The notes beneath the pieces are model-generated. The model saw only the letters and a program-made list of their open reading frames with translations, was not told the DNA's origin and searched no databases. A stretch of DNA of 63,809 nucleotides, counting the filler, from Octopus bimaculoides (Eukaryota): the NCBI RefSeq assembly GCF_001194135.2. It is 7 parts of 7 records of this genome, joined end to end, with 100 filler letters (N's around TTAATTAATTAA, not from the genome) between each part and the next. Parts side by side here need not be neighbours in the genome. Positions count along the whole stretch, not along the records: positions 5,922 to 37,418 come from NC_068981.1; positions 37,519 to 53,565 come from NC_068990.1; 5 more parts are not named here. One strand, given 5' to 3'. This document shows, piece by piece, positions 26,866 through 39,553 of the stretch (the stretch's first letter is position 1; each line of letters begins with the position of its first letter). The translations under genes and the position numbers were made by a program.

Positions 26866-29439
26866 TCTCCCGCTATTATAATGACGCTAATAATGACAGA
26901 AATACAGAAAGGGGAATATGATTAAGAGAAACAATAAAAATATGAAAAGGCACCAACAAAACAATGTCGATCATGTTATCTACGTTGACAATATGATTAA
27001 TATTATTATAATCAACAGCAACAACAAATATAGCATAAATACAACCATATATCGAATAACAATGGCGAAATAACTATGATGACGGCGGCGATAAATAGAT
27101 GCAATGCCAATACTTAAAATAATTGGCCCTAACCTGATTTGTTAAAGAAAGCGAAATATTTCCTAATCTAATCTAAAGACAAGAATATAATGAAAACATT
27201 TTGAACATTTTTCTTCTGTTTCTCATATAAACAAGAATTTGCATTTTAAAATTTGATATTTTTTGCAAAAACATTTTAGAAATAAAGCCTACAGATACTG
27301 ACTTTGCTGAAGCAAACATAATTGTGTTGGCATCAACTATGACAGCATTCTGTAATTTTGCCAAGGACTGTTTTTTTTTTCCTTCTATAGATGAAAAAGA
27401 AAAAAAGAAAATGCCTTCTTCAGAATAAGGAAACCCGAAGGAAATAGTTTTCAAAGACGAATATTCTCTAATTGAAGCCAAATACTTAACACTAAACGAA
27501 TATTTTAAAAAACATTTATTAGTGACAAGAACTAAAAAACAAACTAAAGGGAGGATTGAGTGTATTCTCTCACCTTGCTCAATGAAACAACCAAGTTTAT
27601 GTCATGCAACCTAGGGAACATTTACGCGATCGTTTAATCTCCTGATAGAAATACCAGTCAGACTACCTTCTAAGAACACCTTACAATCAAAAGGACGTCA
27701 GACACATTTAATAATGCAGTAATCAAAAATAAGATGTTATGATCACGGATGCAAAGGATTTGTTCAGAGATCTGCCTGATCAACAACAACGAACAATTAT
27801 ATATCAACACTACTCTTATTGTAATTAAAATGTAGGAAGATTCTGGTGATTGATTGTCACATAACTACCATTGTTGAGCTATGCTCTCCCAACATAAATT
27901 AAAGTTATCAATTTTTAACATAGACACAAGTTAACAAAATATAAAGAAACCGTTGAGCTGTTTGTGTTACCGCGTGACCAAAAACTATTTTAGTAGTTTT
28001 GGATTGTTGCTTGCAGTTATAGCTGATGTGATTATCTTCTTGATTTAACAACTCAGAAGAACGAATGATGAAGTTTCACCGGGAAGATTAGAAATCAGAA
28101 GTATTCTATTCTAACAATTCTGCCACTTACCATTTTTATTGAATCCAGAAATATTAGGAATAAACTCTCGCATGAAAATTGGACAGTCACAAGTGGTGAC
28201 GAAGTAATAGTCTGACCTTTACTAACATATTAGAAGTCTTGATACTGGTTGATATTGCTGTCATATTGTTCCTGTTATATATTATAATCTATGATACATA
28301 ATATGCTATAGACTTTTTCGAACCAGGATACGATGCATATTCAACAAATATATATAATTAGAAAAGAACGTTGTACACAGACAAACTTACTACAGTTTGT
28401 ATGCGTCCTTCCGCTGTTTAATCACAAGTCAGTTACGATTCATTATTAGAGTTATGAAAAAAAGAGGGTCGAACTTCGACGGTTCTGTATTTCATTCAGT
28501 CATAGTGTATCCAAGATCTTTTAAAGCTATAAACAAGCTTTGATAGCACGCAAAGGCACAACTGTCGACCTTGTTTAGATGCGTTCTCAGAGTTTAAGAG
28601 GATATTTCCAGAGAATATGGACATTAGTAAGTAGTTAGAACAGTTTATATAAGGCAAATTATATATAGCAAATATAGCAGAGATATGAGATGATAACTCA
28701 CATATAACTCATCACAACTCAACATAATTTCTATCGGCAATAGCTGAGAGCAACCCTTATTGATTTACATCATTTGTTAGAGTAATGTATGTAAACGTCA
28801 TATCGATTTTGTACCTGCATCGATTCAGCTAACCAATCCCGTTCTAAGCCAACTGTAGTATGAGCTTTCGCACGTAGAAGCCCGTCCATGCACATACATC
28901 AATACGTACATAAGAACATACATGCATACACACATGAATATTAGGCTTGTATTCGTTATGTGCTGCTTATGTAATTTTTCCCTATTTAAAAATTTAAATT
29001 ATTATGGAAGCTGTAATTAGTTAATTGTGCAGAATAAATATTAATTTCGATTTTATGGCAATTTTTAGCAAGTGTTGATTAGTGGAGATTAGAGATCGCT
29101 CATCAGCTGAAGTAAAACTTCCAGTTATTTCGCAGGATTAAAATTACAGTACCACGAACAAGGATTTTTGGAAGGGGAACATCTCATACGTCTGTATATA
29201 AACGTAAAATAGCTGAGTGGTAAATGCTTTAGATTACCAATTACAGTTTATGAGTTAACATCATTTGATCCATTTAATCTTTTCTTGAAACGATACTTTA
29301 CGCTTTATTTCTTCAGTTCACTTAGCTTCTGGAATTACGTACATTACGTTTATAAGCCCTTTATGTAAAATCGCCTAATTAAGGATGCATTACACAGAAC
29401 AACACAATGTTGAAATAAACGGGCAGATAGTGCGGCTAG

Positions 29440-29474
29440 TATATAAAATCTAAAGCTCAAATTCCAAATCCAGT
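29440..29474 (+). promoter_or_regulatory. Candidate Pol II core promoter (TATA + Inr-like)
   Basis: TATATAAAA at 29440-29448; TCCAGT with A at 29472, ~30 nt downstream. Confidence 0.35.
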
Positions 29475-29520
29475 GACAAAGTCTAAACAAATTCAGCGAT
29501 AAAGTGTACAGAAAAAAAAA

Positions 29521-29550
29521 ATGGCCGTTGCTTACTTCACTCCGGACGAC
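29521..29550 (+). CDS. Candidate first coding exon MAVAYFTPDD, unknown product
   Basis: aaaaATGG context, consensus donor GAC|GTGAGT, downstream of TATA/Inr candidate. Confidence 0.3.
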
Positions 29551-29694
29551 GTGAGTGTAAATGCCTTGAGACTGATAAATGAATTGGACAAAAAGAACTG
29601 CAAAGGGCTCGTACATAAATGGGAAAAACAGTAAAATAATCACACATTGAATACCCTCCTCCTCCTCATATCATCTCACTCCGTCTCTCTCTCA

Positions 29695-29757
<63 letters not shown>

Positions 29758-29835
29758 AATAAACGCACATAAATGNNNNNNNNNNATATATATATATAAA
29801 TAAACGCACATAAATGGATGTATACAAACACACTA

Positions 29836-29875
<40 letters not shown>

Positions 29876-29930
29876 TTGTCATTCATTTGCCATATGTCAT
29901 TCCTTTGCAATGTAACTTCTCGTTTTGCAG

Positions 29931-30129
29931 AAAGAAATGCACCCAGACGGAGTAGATATCTTCATTTATATAGATTAAAGATAAAATCTAAGATGAAGGA
30001 AAAGGAGAAAAGAACATGCACTACATCGAGAAAAGTATTAAAAATAACTGTTAACAAATATGGATGTATAAAAGCCCTCGCGCAAGCAGCATGGCGCGAG
30101 TACGCTCGCTCATGCAAGCATCCGTGGAG
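29931..30129 (+). other. Candidate exon
   Basis: Strong acceptor CTTCTCGTTTTGCAG and donor GAG|GTAAGA; one frame open end to end (..KYGCIKALAQAAWREYARSCKHPW). Confidence 0.3.
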
Positions 30130-30299
30130 GTAAGAGCATACGCATACCTGAGGTTTGGTGCACTCATGATCAAAAAGCGAGTTAACTATCTACTTGGTGT
30201 TTGTAAGAATTGGGAGGTTAAAAATAAACTTATGTTATCCATGCTTTAAAGTAAATTAAATTATGTTAACGGTTACTCAAAATTCATTCCCACTTCGTT

Positions 30300-31130
30300 A
30301 TGCGAATGTACATACATATGAGTGTAGGCATTTCGAGAATCGTTCAGAAATTCTATTAATGGTCTTCTCGTTTGTCCACAGAGTAAAGAGAGATTCCTCA
30401 GAGCAGAGATGACCTCTCCTGGAAATTATATGATATGATTTCGCGTGCCTTACTATGGAACAAGTTATGCTGTACTTCATTTTTATCCTCCTTCAGTTGC
30501 CATACAAAATCTGCCAAAGATGCTGAATGTCTCCTTATTGATTGTCTTAAAGCTGGCGATATGATTACGATAACGATTCTTAAATGAATCAGCCGTCTGC
30601 CCAATGTAAACACACGGCCCTCCCTTAGTGTGCACGGTACATTTATATACAAGATTTGTACTAATACAGAAATTCCTCAAAGGACATTTTGATTTTTCTC
30701 TGCATGAGAATTTATTGCATTTATCTGTATATAAGGCAGTCCCGACTCCATTTACCGACGTTGTTACCGAGTTAGCTGTATCATAAGTATGTCTACTACG
30801 ACAATTTGGTCGTAATTGGTGTTTATCATTGCGGTTTACATCTCCTTTGTTGATATTTAGATGCATATGCTCGGTAGATCCAGTAGGTCGTTTACTGGAC
30901 CTTTACCGCATTTTGTTATTGTTTATGCGGTGCATAAGCTGCTCTAAATTAGCAGAGTTGGCGTAGGAAACCTTGATGGTGTGCCGATTAAAAATAGTAT
31001 GATATCGATTACATTTAGGAAAACTATTATACAAATGTAATACATATTACAGCTTAAGTATAGCAGTTTTCTTTTTAACAGACAATTACAATTTATAAGA
31101 TATACCGGAAACAGGGAAATATATTTGAAT
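30300..31130 (-). mobile_element. Penelope-like element, RT thumb/linker + GIY-YIG endonuclease
   Basis: IFNRHTIKVSY; CSCREKSKCPL-type linker, NLVYKCTV...VYIGQTADSFKNRYRNHIASF. Confidence 0.88.
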
Positions 31131-31407
31131 GCATTTTAGCAGGAAAGAAGGAATTAAGTCTTTAAATAAAACAGTCTTCTATGTAAATCTATATAACTGG
31201 CAACCTAGAAAAACTAGTCATATCCCACTCGAACCATACCCTATGACTTATGGAGCGTTTTGAGTGGGATATGACTACATTGTCCAATATGTAAAAATTG
31301 AACAATATAGTTTTTGGTGCACTGTGCTGAGACAAAGACATGGCTTGGTTGTAACTGGGGTGATTTTGATCACAGGATCTCCTCGCAATGTGTGAGGAAG
31401 AGATATC

Positions 31408-31603
31408 ATTTATATCTTGTAATTCCAAAATATTAACATTTGCTATCTCATGCTGCCCAACAAATTAATATTAAATCGAGATTAAAATGCAATAACTGTA
31501 ACCACATTTATATTTTGTAATTCCAAAATATTAACATTTGCTATCTTATGCTGTACAACAAATTAATATTAAATCGAGATAAAAATGCAATAACTGTAAC
31601 TAC
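31408..31603. repeat. Tandem duplication, 2 x 98 bp
   Basis: Near-identical units offset by 98 nt. Confidence 0.9.
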
Positions 31604-32099
31604 AATTAACTGAAAGCCACTAAATTGTTATAGTTTGTTTTAGTATTACAATCATTCGGGTGATTAATATAGTTTTAACTAAAACGAAGATTGAGAAAAA
31701 GAACAAAAAAAAAACAAACTTCAGTTATAAGGTTATCGTATTCTTGGGCATCATCCAGCAGTTGATAAAAAACTGGTAGATGGTATGACATAATATTGCC
31801 AAGCCGCCAACACTAGTATACCAATGAGATTTAATTTTTAATCAAGGAATATTAGTAAGCGGAAGAAGCCTTAAGCTGTAAAGATTACAAATCTGGTGGT
31901 GAGATTCGTATCTCAGGTTGCTGAGAAGCGTTTGAGGGTCTAATTTCATAGAGAAATCGAATCGTTTAGGCAACATATTGATACGAAGATGATGTTGTTA
32001 GGTATTGTCTCACGTTCATAATGAGTTATGGGGTAGTTTACTTTTATTAATCAAAATGAAATTTGTTTTTATAGTGATAGGATCCGTTGTATTCTTTTA

Positions 32100-32305
32100 T
32101 TCTTTTACTGGTTTCAGTTATTTGACTGAGGCCATGCTGGAGTGCCGCCTTTAGTTGAACGAATCGACCTCTCAGGTCTTCTTCTTTGTAAAGCTAGTAC
32201 TTATTCTATCGGTCTCTTTTGCAGAATCGGTAAGGTACGGGGACGTAAACACACCAACGTCGGTTGTCAAGCGATGGTGGGCGGACAAACGCCAGACACA
32301 CAAAC

Positions 32306-32349
<44 letters not shown>

Positions 32350-32503
32350 GTCGGGCTTCTTTCAGTTTCTGTCTACCAAATCCACTCACAAGGCTTCGGT
32401 CGGCAATAGTCTATAATAGAAGACACTGGCGCAAGTTTTCACGCAGTGGGGCTGAAGCCGGAACCACGTGATTGGGGAGCAAGCTTCTTACCACACAGCC
32501 ACG
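32100..32503 (-). mobile_element. SINE family B, full length with internal (AT)n
   Basis: Colinear with 54056-55133. Confidence 0.9.
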
Positions 32504-33125
32504 ATTGCAATATTTTAATATCTAAAGGTTGATAAATTATTTCCGAAATTTATATTTTTTATGATTTGAAAATGTAAAATAAATGTATGGGCATTTATTT
32601 CCTATTTGAATGGCTGATATTCAATAACATTGTGAGCTTTAAAATAATCAGGAATTATGAAAAAAATAACGGTAAAATCAATGCAATGGCAAATAATTTG
32701 ACATTTCGAGAAATATTTATAAAATCTGTTTTACTGTGCTATTATAAAACGCATAATTTTACAAGAACAATAAAAATGAATGACAAAGTAACAGAATGGA
32801 TTGCAACAAAATGTCAATCGAAGAAGATTTGAATCCGTATACGTTAAATGCATACGAACTACACATACGAGGAGGCTCAACAATGAAATGGTTGGCGCAT
32901 TATCGCAGGGTATGATGGAAATCAGAATCAAAAAGTTAAGACTATATTGTTGCATAAAATTATGAAGGTTACAATCGTTTCCAATGGCTAGAAGGACAAT
33001 TTCTTCGTTATACATTGGTTTGCACGCATAGTTAATCCATCAATTAAACAATCAATTAATGAAATAGTTTACCCTCGATCATTCTCACGAGACCCTAAAC
33101 ATTATTGTAGAATTTTAAAGCATAT

Positions 33126-33344
33126 ATTAGGGGTTCTGAAAAGTTCCTGGCTTTGGGTAAAAGAAAACACAGGTGGATCAGTTAATTATGATTTTATTCA
33201 ACCTATTCTCTTCTCAGATTCACACACTTATTGCAGTGGTCACTCAGTTTTTTTAAGGTCTGTAAAAGAGTTTGGAAGGTTGAGCTTCCAACTAGGTCTT
33301 TCGTGAAAGCTTTGAAGCCAGGCAATTTTCATCACCCACTCGTA
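33126..33344. mobile_element. mariner-type MITE
   Basis: Left AGGGGTTCTGAAAAGTTCCTGGCTTT matches inverse of right end (TACGAGTGGGTGATGAAAATTGCCTGGCTTC). Confidence 0.7.
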
Positions 33345-33691
33345 CTGCGGTGAAGGTGGGTTTGCATTCGCCTATTAAGAATTCAAGAGGTGGAGATTGT
33401 AAATAATTAACATATCGAATTCTTTAATTTAGCATAAATTTGCCACAGTAAATAATTTTGGGAAACTTTGAAAATCAATGAAGCTCAGGGCTCGAAGAGA
33501 ATCGTTTAGGGCACACTAATTCATTAAATGATCGACTAACTGGTTAATTATTTAAATAACTCTACAGCCAAACGTATATATTGAATGAAACGGTTTCTGT
33601 AACTATTGGAAGCGATCACAGCCTCGAGTAAAATTACATCACATCTTATATACATACATGCATACATACATACATACATACATACATACAG

Positions 33692-33793
<102 letters not shown>

Positions 33794-33863
33794 GAGCATG
33801 CTGTTCCGTTGACCAGATCAATTGCAACCCTCGCTTTTGTAACCGACAGAGTGCCAGTGTAAG

Positions 33864-34410
33864 GAATTCTCGGACGGTGTTTTCCGACAATTATAGTCCC
33901 AGTCAAAATACATGTATACAATTACGTGCTTTGACTACATCGTTAGAACATCTTAACCCTTATCGATAGCAATGTAGGTATTTCTAACACCCCTATTCAC
34001 ATTTAGTGACAATTGTAATTTTCCTTTTGGTAACACATTACAAATTGCTGTCTATATTGATTTTCTGTATACACATTCGCGATTCGCTAAATCATCCATA
34101 AATTTCTATGATGAAACCATATATACTGATACAGAATTAAGTTCAGAATCTGCCGAAGTAGAACCAGTCGTTACTGATGAGGGAACGGAAATTGCCAAAA
34201 CTGACGTCAGTATATAGAATTCTCAAACAGTTCTTTCGGACAATTTTAGCCACTGTCAATATGTATGTATGTATACAATTTTGTTCTTTGCCTACAGCAT
34301 AAGAGCATTTTAGCTCTTATTTCTTGCAATGTAGGTGTTTGTAACAACTTAGTAATATTTAGTGACAGTTATAATTTTTTTTTGCTAACACATTGCAAAC
34401 CGCTGTCGAT

Positions 34411-34413
<3 letters not shown>
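33864..34413. repeat. Diverged direct duplication of ~200 bp, period 353
   Basis: 33864-34060 aligns with 34217-34413. Confidence 0.8.
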
Positions 34414-34460
<47 letters not shown>

Positions 34461-34491
34461 CAGGATTCAAGTGAATCAGGTCCTTAAATAG

Positions 34492-34718
34492 TAAAGCACC
34501 AAGGTTGGGTTTGTGGAATCGATATCATGTACGACATTACATCAGAGGAACATATACGTACATACCAAAATAAAGAAGGATTTACATTCCAGTTGCATGT
34601 ACGATCACAAGCGTCCGACAGAATATACCACGATCTCAACACTGTACCTAGGCACAAGTACTGCACCAATTGTACTACATTCGATAGACTCCAGATCCAC
34701 GCTAACTGCAGGTTCCGA
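34492..34718 (+). CDS. Candidate exon, unknown protein (strand uncertain)
   Basis: Balanced-composition block; KHQGWVCGIDIMYDITSEEH...CTNCTTFDRLQIHANCRFR between TAG and GTAAGG; minus-strand frame also open with splice-like sites. Confidence 0.35.
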
Positions 34719-35029
34719 GTAAGGTGAATAATAAACAAATAACGACAAATCGATAGTGGTTCACTCAATACAGCTGTTTGAGGCGTGTTTTGTTTTAATT
34801 GACAAATAAAATTGTTACATATTCTGATAAAAACCGTTTCATCAGGTGAATATACGCGTGAATGGAGCATTTAAAAAAAGCATTTCAATTGCCATTTCAT
34901 GATTCCCTGGCGCGCCAGGGAATCATACTCACTTTCTATTTTAGGTGAAACTTGAAAGATTTGGTGATAATTTGGCTAAAGTGAATGGTATTTGCCTTTC
35001 AAATTGGTCCACCGCACGACGTCTTTCAG

Positions 35030-35610
35030 AACAGATAAAAATTGGTCGTCTCTACCAGTAGAAGGAATGTAGCTGGACGATCTTCACAATACCGGATCCG
35101 TCCTATTCGTAACAACAGGTATTCTACATAAACCCATAAGTTTGCAACGCTTGGGCACTGGGTGGGTGTATGCATTATAGTTCCGCCTCTCTGCGTGCAT
35201 CTCAGACAAGTCTTGTCGACAGTACTTCTATACCTGTTGAGTTCATTTCGAACTGGCAATGCCAGGTAGTACACCCAGGCCAAGATTTTTGGAAATTTGA
35301 TACAGGCCCTAGACCGAAGGTCCAACGGGGATTTCTGTCAAAATCTCCCACCTTATCCCGAACCACTTTTCTTTTCGAAATCTTTTTTTTATTTCTAGAA
35401 GCTTGCTGTGTTTTTTTCAACCACACAGTTCACTAATCGCCAGAAATCTAATTCTGGCGGTATCTTTGTGACTTTTACTCGGATCAACCTTCGTCTCGTG
35501 TAAATCGGTATTAATGTGAATTATTCCGTTTTTCTCTGTTGGACGGTGCCGTACTTCTGACTAGGCATTTAGAGTAGAAAATGCTCAGATATACCCGAAT
35601 TTATGGGTAT
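35030..35610 (-). mobile_element. Tx1/L1-like LINE ORF2 C-terminal fragment
   Basis: LAW.YYLALPVR...DKTCLRC....TIMH..TQCPSVANLW.YVEYLL; same motif type as 44370-44430. Confidence 0.78.
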
Positions 35611-36289
35611 GTTCTACAAAAGTGATATCTAGTAATACATACTTTAAATATAGTTCAGTTATGCTTTATTCTGTAACTTATGTCTTTTCATCGACAAATA
35701 TCTACGCATAAATGTTTTCTTTTCTGTTTGCCGTATGAGGTATTGCGGCATATCAATCTTAACTGTACCCTGCGTTTGTTCTATACGGTTAATGTATTTT
35801 TCTGCCTCTTTTAAATGCTCATGCTTGTTCTCTAGAGCAATGGCATCAAACACATTTGTGATTTTGGCAAAATAAATATTTTTTGTCGGTTTTAATGCTG
35901 CTGGTAGTGTTAGAACTGCTGTTGTTATAGTTATTGCGTCTTTTTTTGGATTATGGTGGTGATGGTGGTGTTTGTGGTGGAAGTGGCGATGATAGTAGTC
36001 GTATTGGCAATGCAGGATTTGTTGCTTCTGGCCATTTTCCGAGCTTCTGTATTTTGCATTTTATTGTTCTCCCTGCTGCTACGCTTACTAATGTTGGTAT
36101 TGTCATTGTTGTTGTCACTATTTTTAATTACTCTGAAGAAATATGTGAAGGAAGCTGACTGCAAAAGATGATTTCAACTTCAAAACCTCTCCTCCTTCCT
36201 CTCTTCATGACTCCGCGACGGAGATGACACCATTGTGAAAGTAATTTTTCTGTCTCGAAAAAGAAATAATTTTTTTATATCCAACGTAT

Positions 36290-37155
36290 CATGGATGTCT
36301 TGTTATGACACCGAATACTGTGTTGTAAGCCTTGAAAGATCCATTCATAGAGGCACTTGGTGCATAGAAGCTTACACCTAGATCGTAGCAGGCGAGAATC
36401 GTGCTTCATGGACAGTAACAGTAACAAAATAAGCAAAGAAACAAGCACAAAAGACCTACGCGAATGAAAAGACATGCTAAAACTGCTGCAGTAAATATTG
36501 TAACTGATAAATGGCAAGAAAATCATCTCAGTGGCAAATTGAGGAACGGTGGAGCTAGAAGCCACTGCTTGGACAGTATATTCTACGAAATAGAAATGCT
36601 AATTTAAATCAAGCAACAACCCAGCAGTGGCTGAGAAGTTCAGAACTGAAAGTAGAAACTGAAGGTTTCATATTGGCGGCACAATATCGAAGCATGCTTA
36701 TTAGAAACTATCAGGCTAACGTCCTTGAAAAAAGGTTCTGACCCTAAATGCATATTCTAGAACACATGTGACGAAACAATAGATCATCTTGTTTCGGGAT
36801 GTCCTGTGCTGACACCAAACAAATACAAAAGTCGCCACGACACGGTAGTGCAGTATATACATTGGAGAATATGTAAACACTACAAAATCAGCACTCCTGC
36901 TTACTGGTATGTACATCATCCTGAGTCAGTGATTAAAGGTAAAAATTTCACTATCCTCTGGGATTTTCCAGTCAACAGCGACAGAACGATCTAGGCTAAC
37001 CGACCAGACATAATTATTAAAGACAGGGAACAAAATACTTGTAGACTAATAGATGTAATTTTTCCCCACTGATGAAAATATATCTGTAAAGGAATTTGAC
37101 AAATTAAGTAAATATAAGGACCTGGAAATTGAAATAGAAAAGATTAGGCATCTTT
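36290..37155 (+). mobile_element. R4/Dong-like LINE 3' fragment
   Basis: WLRSSELKVETEGFILAAQ; DETIDHLVSGCPVL...YKSRHD..YIHW.IC; ILWDFPV..DRTI*ANRPDIII; KLSKYKDLEIEI. Confidence 0.9.
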
Positions 37156-37159
37156 TTAA

Positions 37160-37398
37160 AGCAAGACACCTTTCAACACTAAAGATGAACTGAAGGCAAG
37201 GATTGTGGCAGCATTCACCAACTTAAACAAGGAAACTGCAGGAGATTCCGAAGTCGTCTGGAGGCCGTGGTTGAAGCCAATGGCGATTTTTTGGAATAAA
37301 TTTACTCTTTAGTATTTCTAGATAGTTTAATGTAATTTTGGTAAATACATGTTAAAATAAAACGTCAGTGTTATTTTCCTTTTTGCGTACTTTACACG
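37160..37398 (+). mobile_element. Tc1/mariner 3' remnant, same family as 4111-4617
   Basis: NTKDELKARIVAAFTNL...RSRLEAVVEANGDF; terminal GACAATTTATTCACC is the inverse of the 4111 end. Confidence 0.75.
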
Positions 37399-37518
37399 AC
37401 AATTTATTCACCGCGCATNNNNNNNNNNNNNNNNNNNNNNNNNNNNNNNNNNNNNNNNNNNNTTAATTAATTAANNNNNNNNNNNNNNNNNNNNNNNNNN
37501 NNNNNNNNNNNNNNNNNN

Positions 37519-37558
<40 letters not shown>

Positions 37559-37604
37559 TGCATGTGTGTATATATATGAATCTATAAAATGTAATAAATA
37601 TTCA

Positions 37605-37673
<69 letters not shown>

Positions 37674-38148
37674 CTCTGTCTACTTGTCTGACTGCCTGTT
37701 TCTTTATCTGTTTATATGATATTTAGTGTATGTTTACAAGAATCAGAAATGAAATCAAATACATAAGTTGAAGTAGCCAATTGTGTACGTATCGCTCGCA
37801 ACAAAAGAACAGAAGGATAAGTGTTTTCTTCAAATTTTCATTTCATATTTCCAATTATATTCAAACAGTAAAAATTTCGAGAAGAAAAATCGGCTCAGAT
37901 TACCCACCTGATGACCGGAACGACTCGGAGCCTTTCAGTTATAATGTATTAAGGAATACTTTACACTTGTATTGAGTCGCCTAAGTTATCGCTTCTGGTG
38001 AATCATGAACGATTTACGTGCACTCACATATACATACATACATACATACATACATACATACATACATACATACATACATACATGCATATATATATATATA
38101 TATGTGTGTGTGTAAAGATATATATGTATATGTACGTATATGTATACA

Positions 38149-38187
<39 letters not shown>

Positions 38188-38196
38188 ACAGATAGT

Positions 38197-38259
<63 letters not shown>

Positions 38260-38577
38260 GGACTAAATCGTATGTGCATCCAAAATAATCTTGAAACCTT
38301 GCATGGTGCAATATTCATAAATTATTCCGCGTTTCAGCGTATGAACGGTTAAATGAATTATCTTTGTTGAAAATTCTATGATAATTATAAGTTTTTTTTC
38401 GGTGCGTAGAAGCTGGACTTTCATTTTTATATAAAATTCTTTAAAGAGTAGAAAGTAGTCAGGTTGATTGTTTTCTCTACTTGCAGTTAAACAGTTTTGT
38501 TATGATTCTCTTTAATGTAGTTTTCATAGCGAGGTTAAATCTATACGAGTCTCAAAATGTTATACTTTACATTTCAG

Positions 38578-38664
38578 ATGGTGCATATTTACCTCTTCTG
38601 TCTTTTATCGTTAATTTGTTTCACTCATTAGTCTACGGTCACGTTGAGGCACCATCTTCAGAGG
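38578..38664 (+). CDS. Candidate 87-nt phase 1-1 exon
   Basis: TTACATTTCAG acceptor, G|GTGAGT donor, open frame GAYLPLLSFIVNLFHSLVYGHVEAPSSE. Confidence 0.3.
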
Positions 38665-39252
38665 GTGAGTCGAATAAATCGACCACAGAACTTGTTACTT
38701 TGTGTCAAGTATTTATTCCATGAATTTCTTTTGCCAAACCTCTATTTTTTTAAGAGAACGTAAACAAACACTGTTTATCAAAGCGGTGGACGTAGGACAA
38801 ACAGAAAAACACTCACGTATACATACATTTGCATATATAGATAGAGTTTCCGTCTACCAAATTCTCTCAAAAGTAGTGGTTGTTCAATGCTTTCTCAGGC
38901 AATATGAGAGGATATTTGCCAAAGGTGCCATGCAAAAGTTTGGATTGAATGCCGCGTGGTGTTTGTTCCGATTCTCAGCGTACTGAGTTCAAATAGACTC
39001 AAAGTGAACTTCGCTTTTTATTCTTTCAGGGTTCAATATAAGTACCACGGATAAAGCATCAAGCTGGCAGAACCGTTAGCGCGTCGTCCGACTTTACGTT
39101 TCAGTTCAAATTCCGCTTTTCGGGATCAATAAAATAAGTAGCAGTTGAGTACGGAGGTCGATGCAGCCACCTTATCTCCTCCTCGTACATTGCAGGCCTT
39201 GTGCCATAATTTTAAACCAACATAATAACCCGGGACTGATGGTACTATGAGT

Positions 39253-39553
39253 GAAGGCACATGGATTAGTGGTTAGAGCAGTGGACTCGCAGTCGAAGGA
39301 TCGCGGGTTCGAATCTCAGACCGGACGATGTGTGAGTTTATGAGCAAAACACCTAAGCTCCTCGCAGCTCCGGCAGAAGGTAATGGCGAACTTCTGCTGA
39401 CTCTTTCACCACAACTTTCTCTCATTCTTTCCTCCTGCATCTAGCAGCTCACCTGCGACGGACCGGCGTCTCGTCCAAGTGGGGAACCTATAAGCCAATT
39501 AAACAGAGAAACCGGCCCTTATGAGTCGGGTATAGCTTGAGAAAGAACAAACG
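39253..39553 (+). mobile_element. tRNA-derived SINE with clear A/B boxes
   Basis: TGGATTAGTGGTTAGAGC...GGGTTCGAATCTC followed by ~240 bp unrelated tail; no 3' acceptor stem. Confidence 0.8.

Noticed and set aside
29745-29815. Direct repeat across a 10-N gap (similarly 58628-58746 beside a gap)
   Set aside because: Likely unmerged contig overlap
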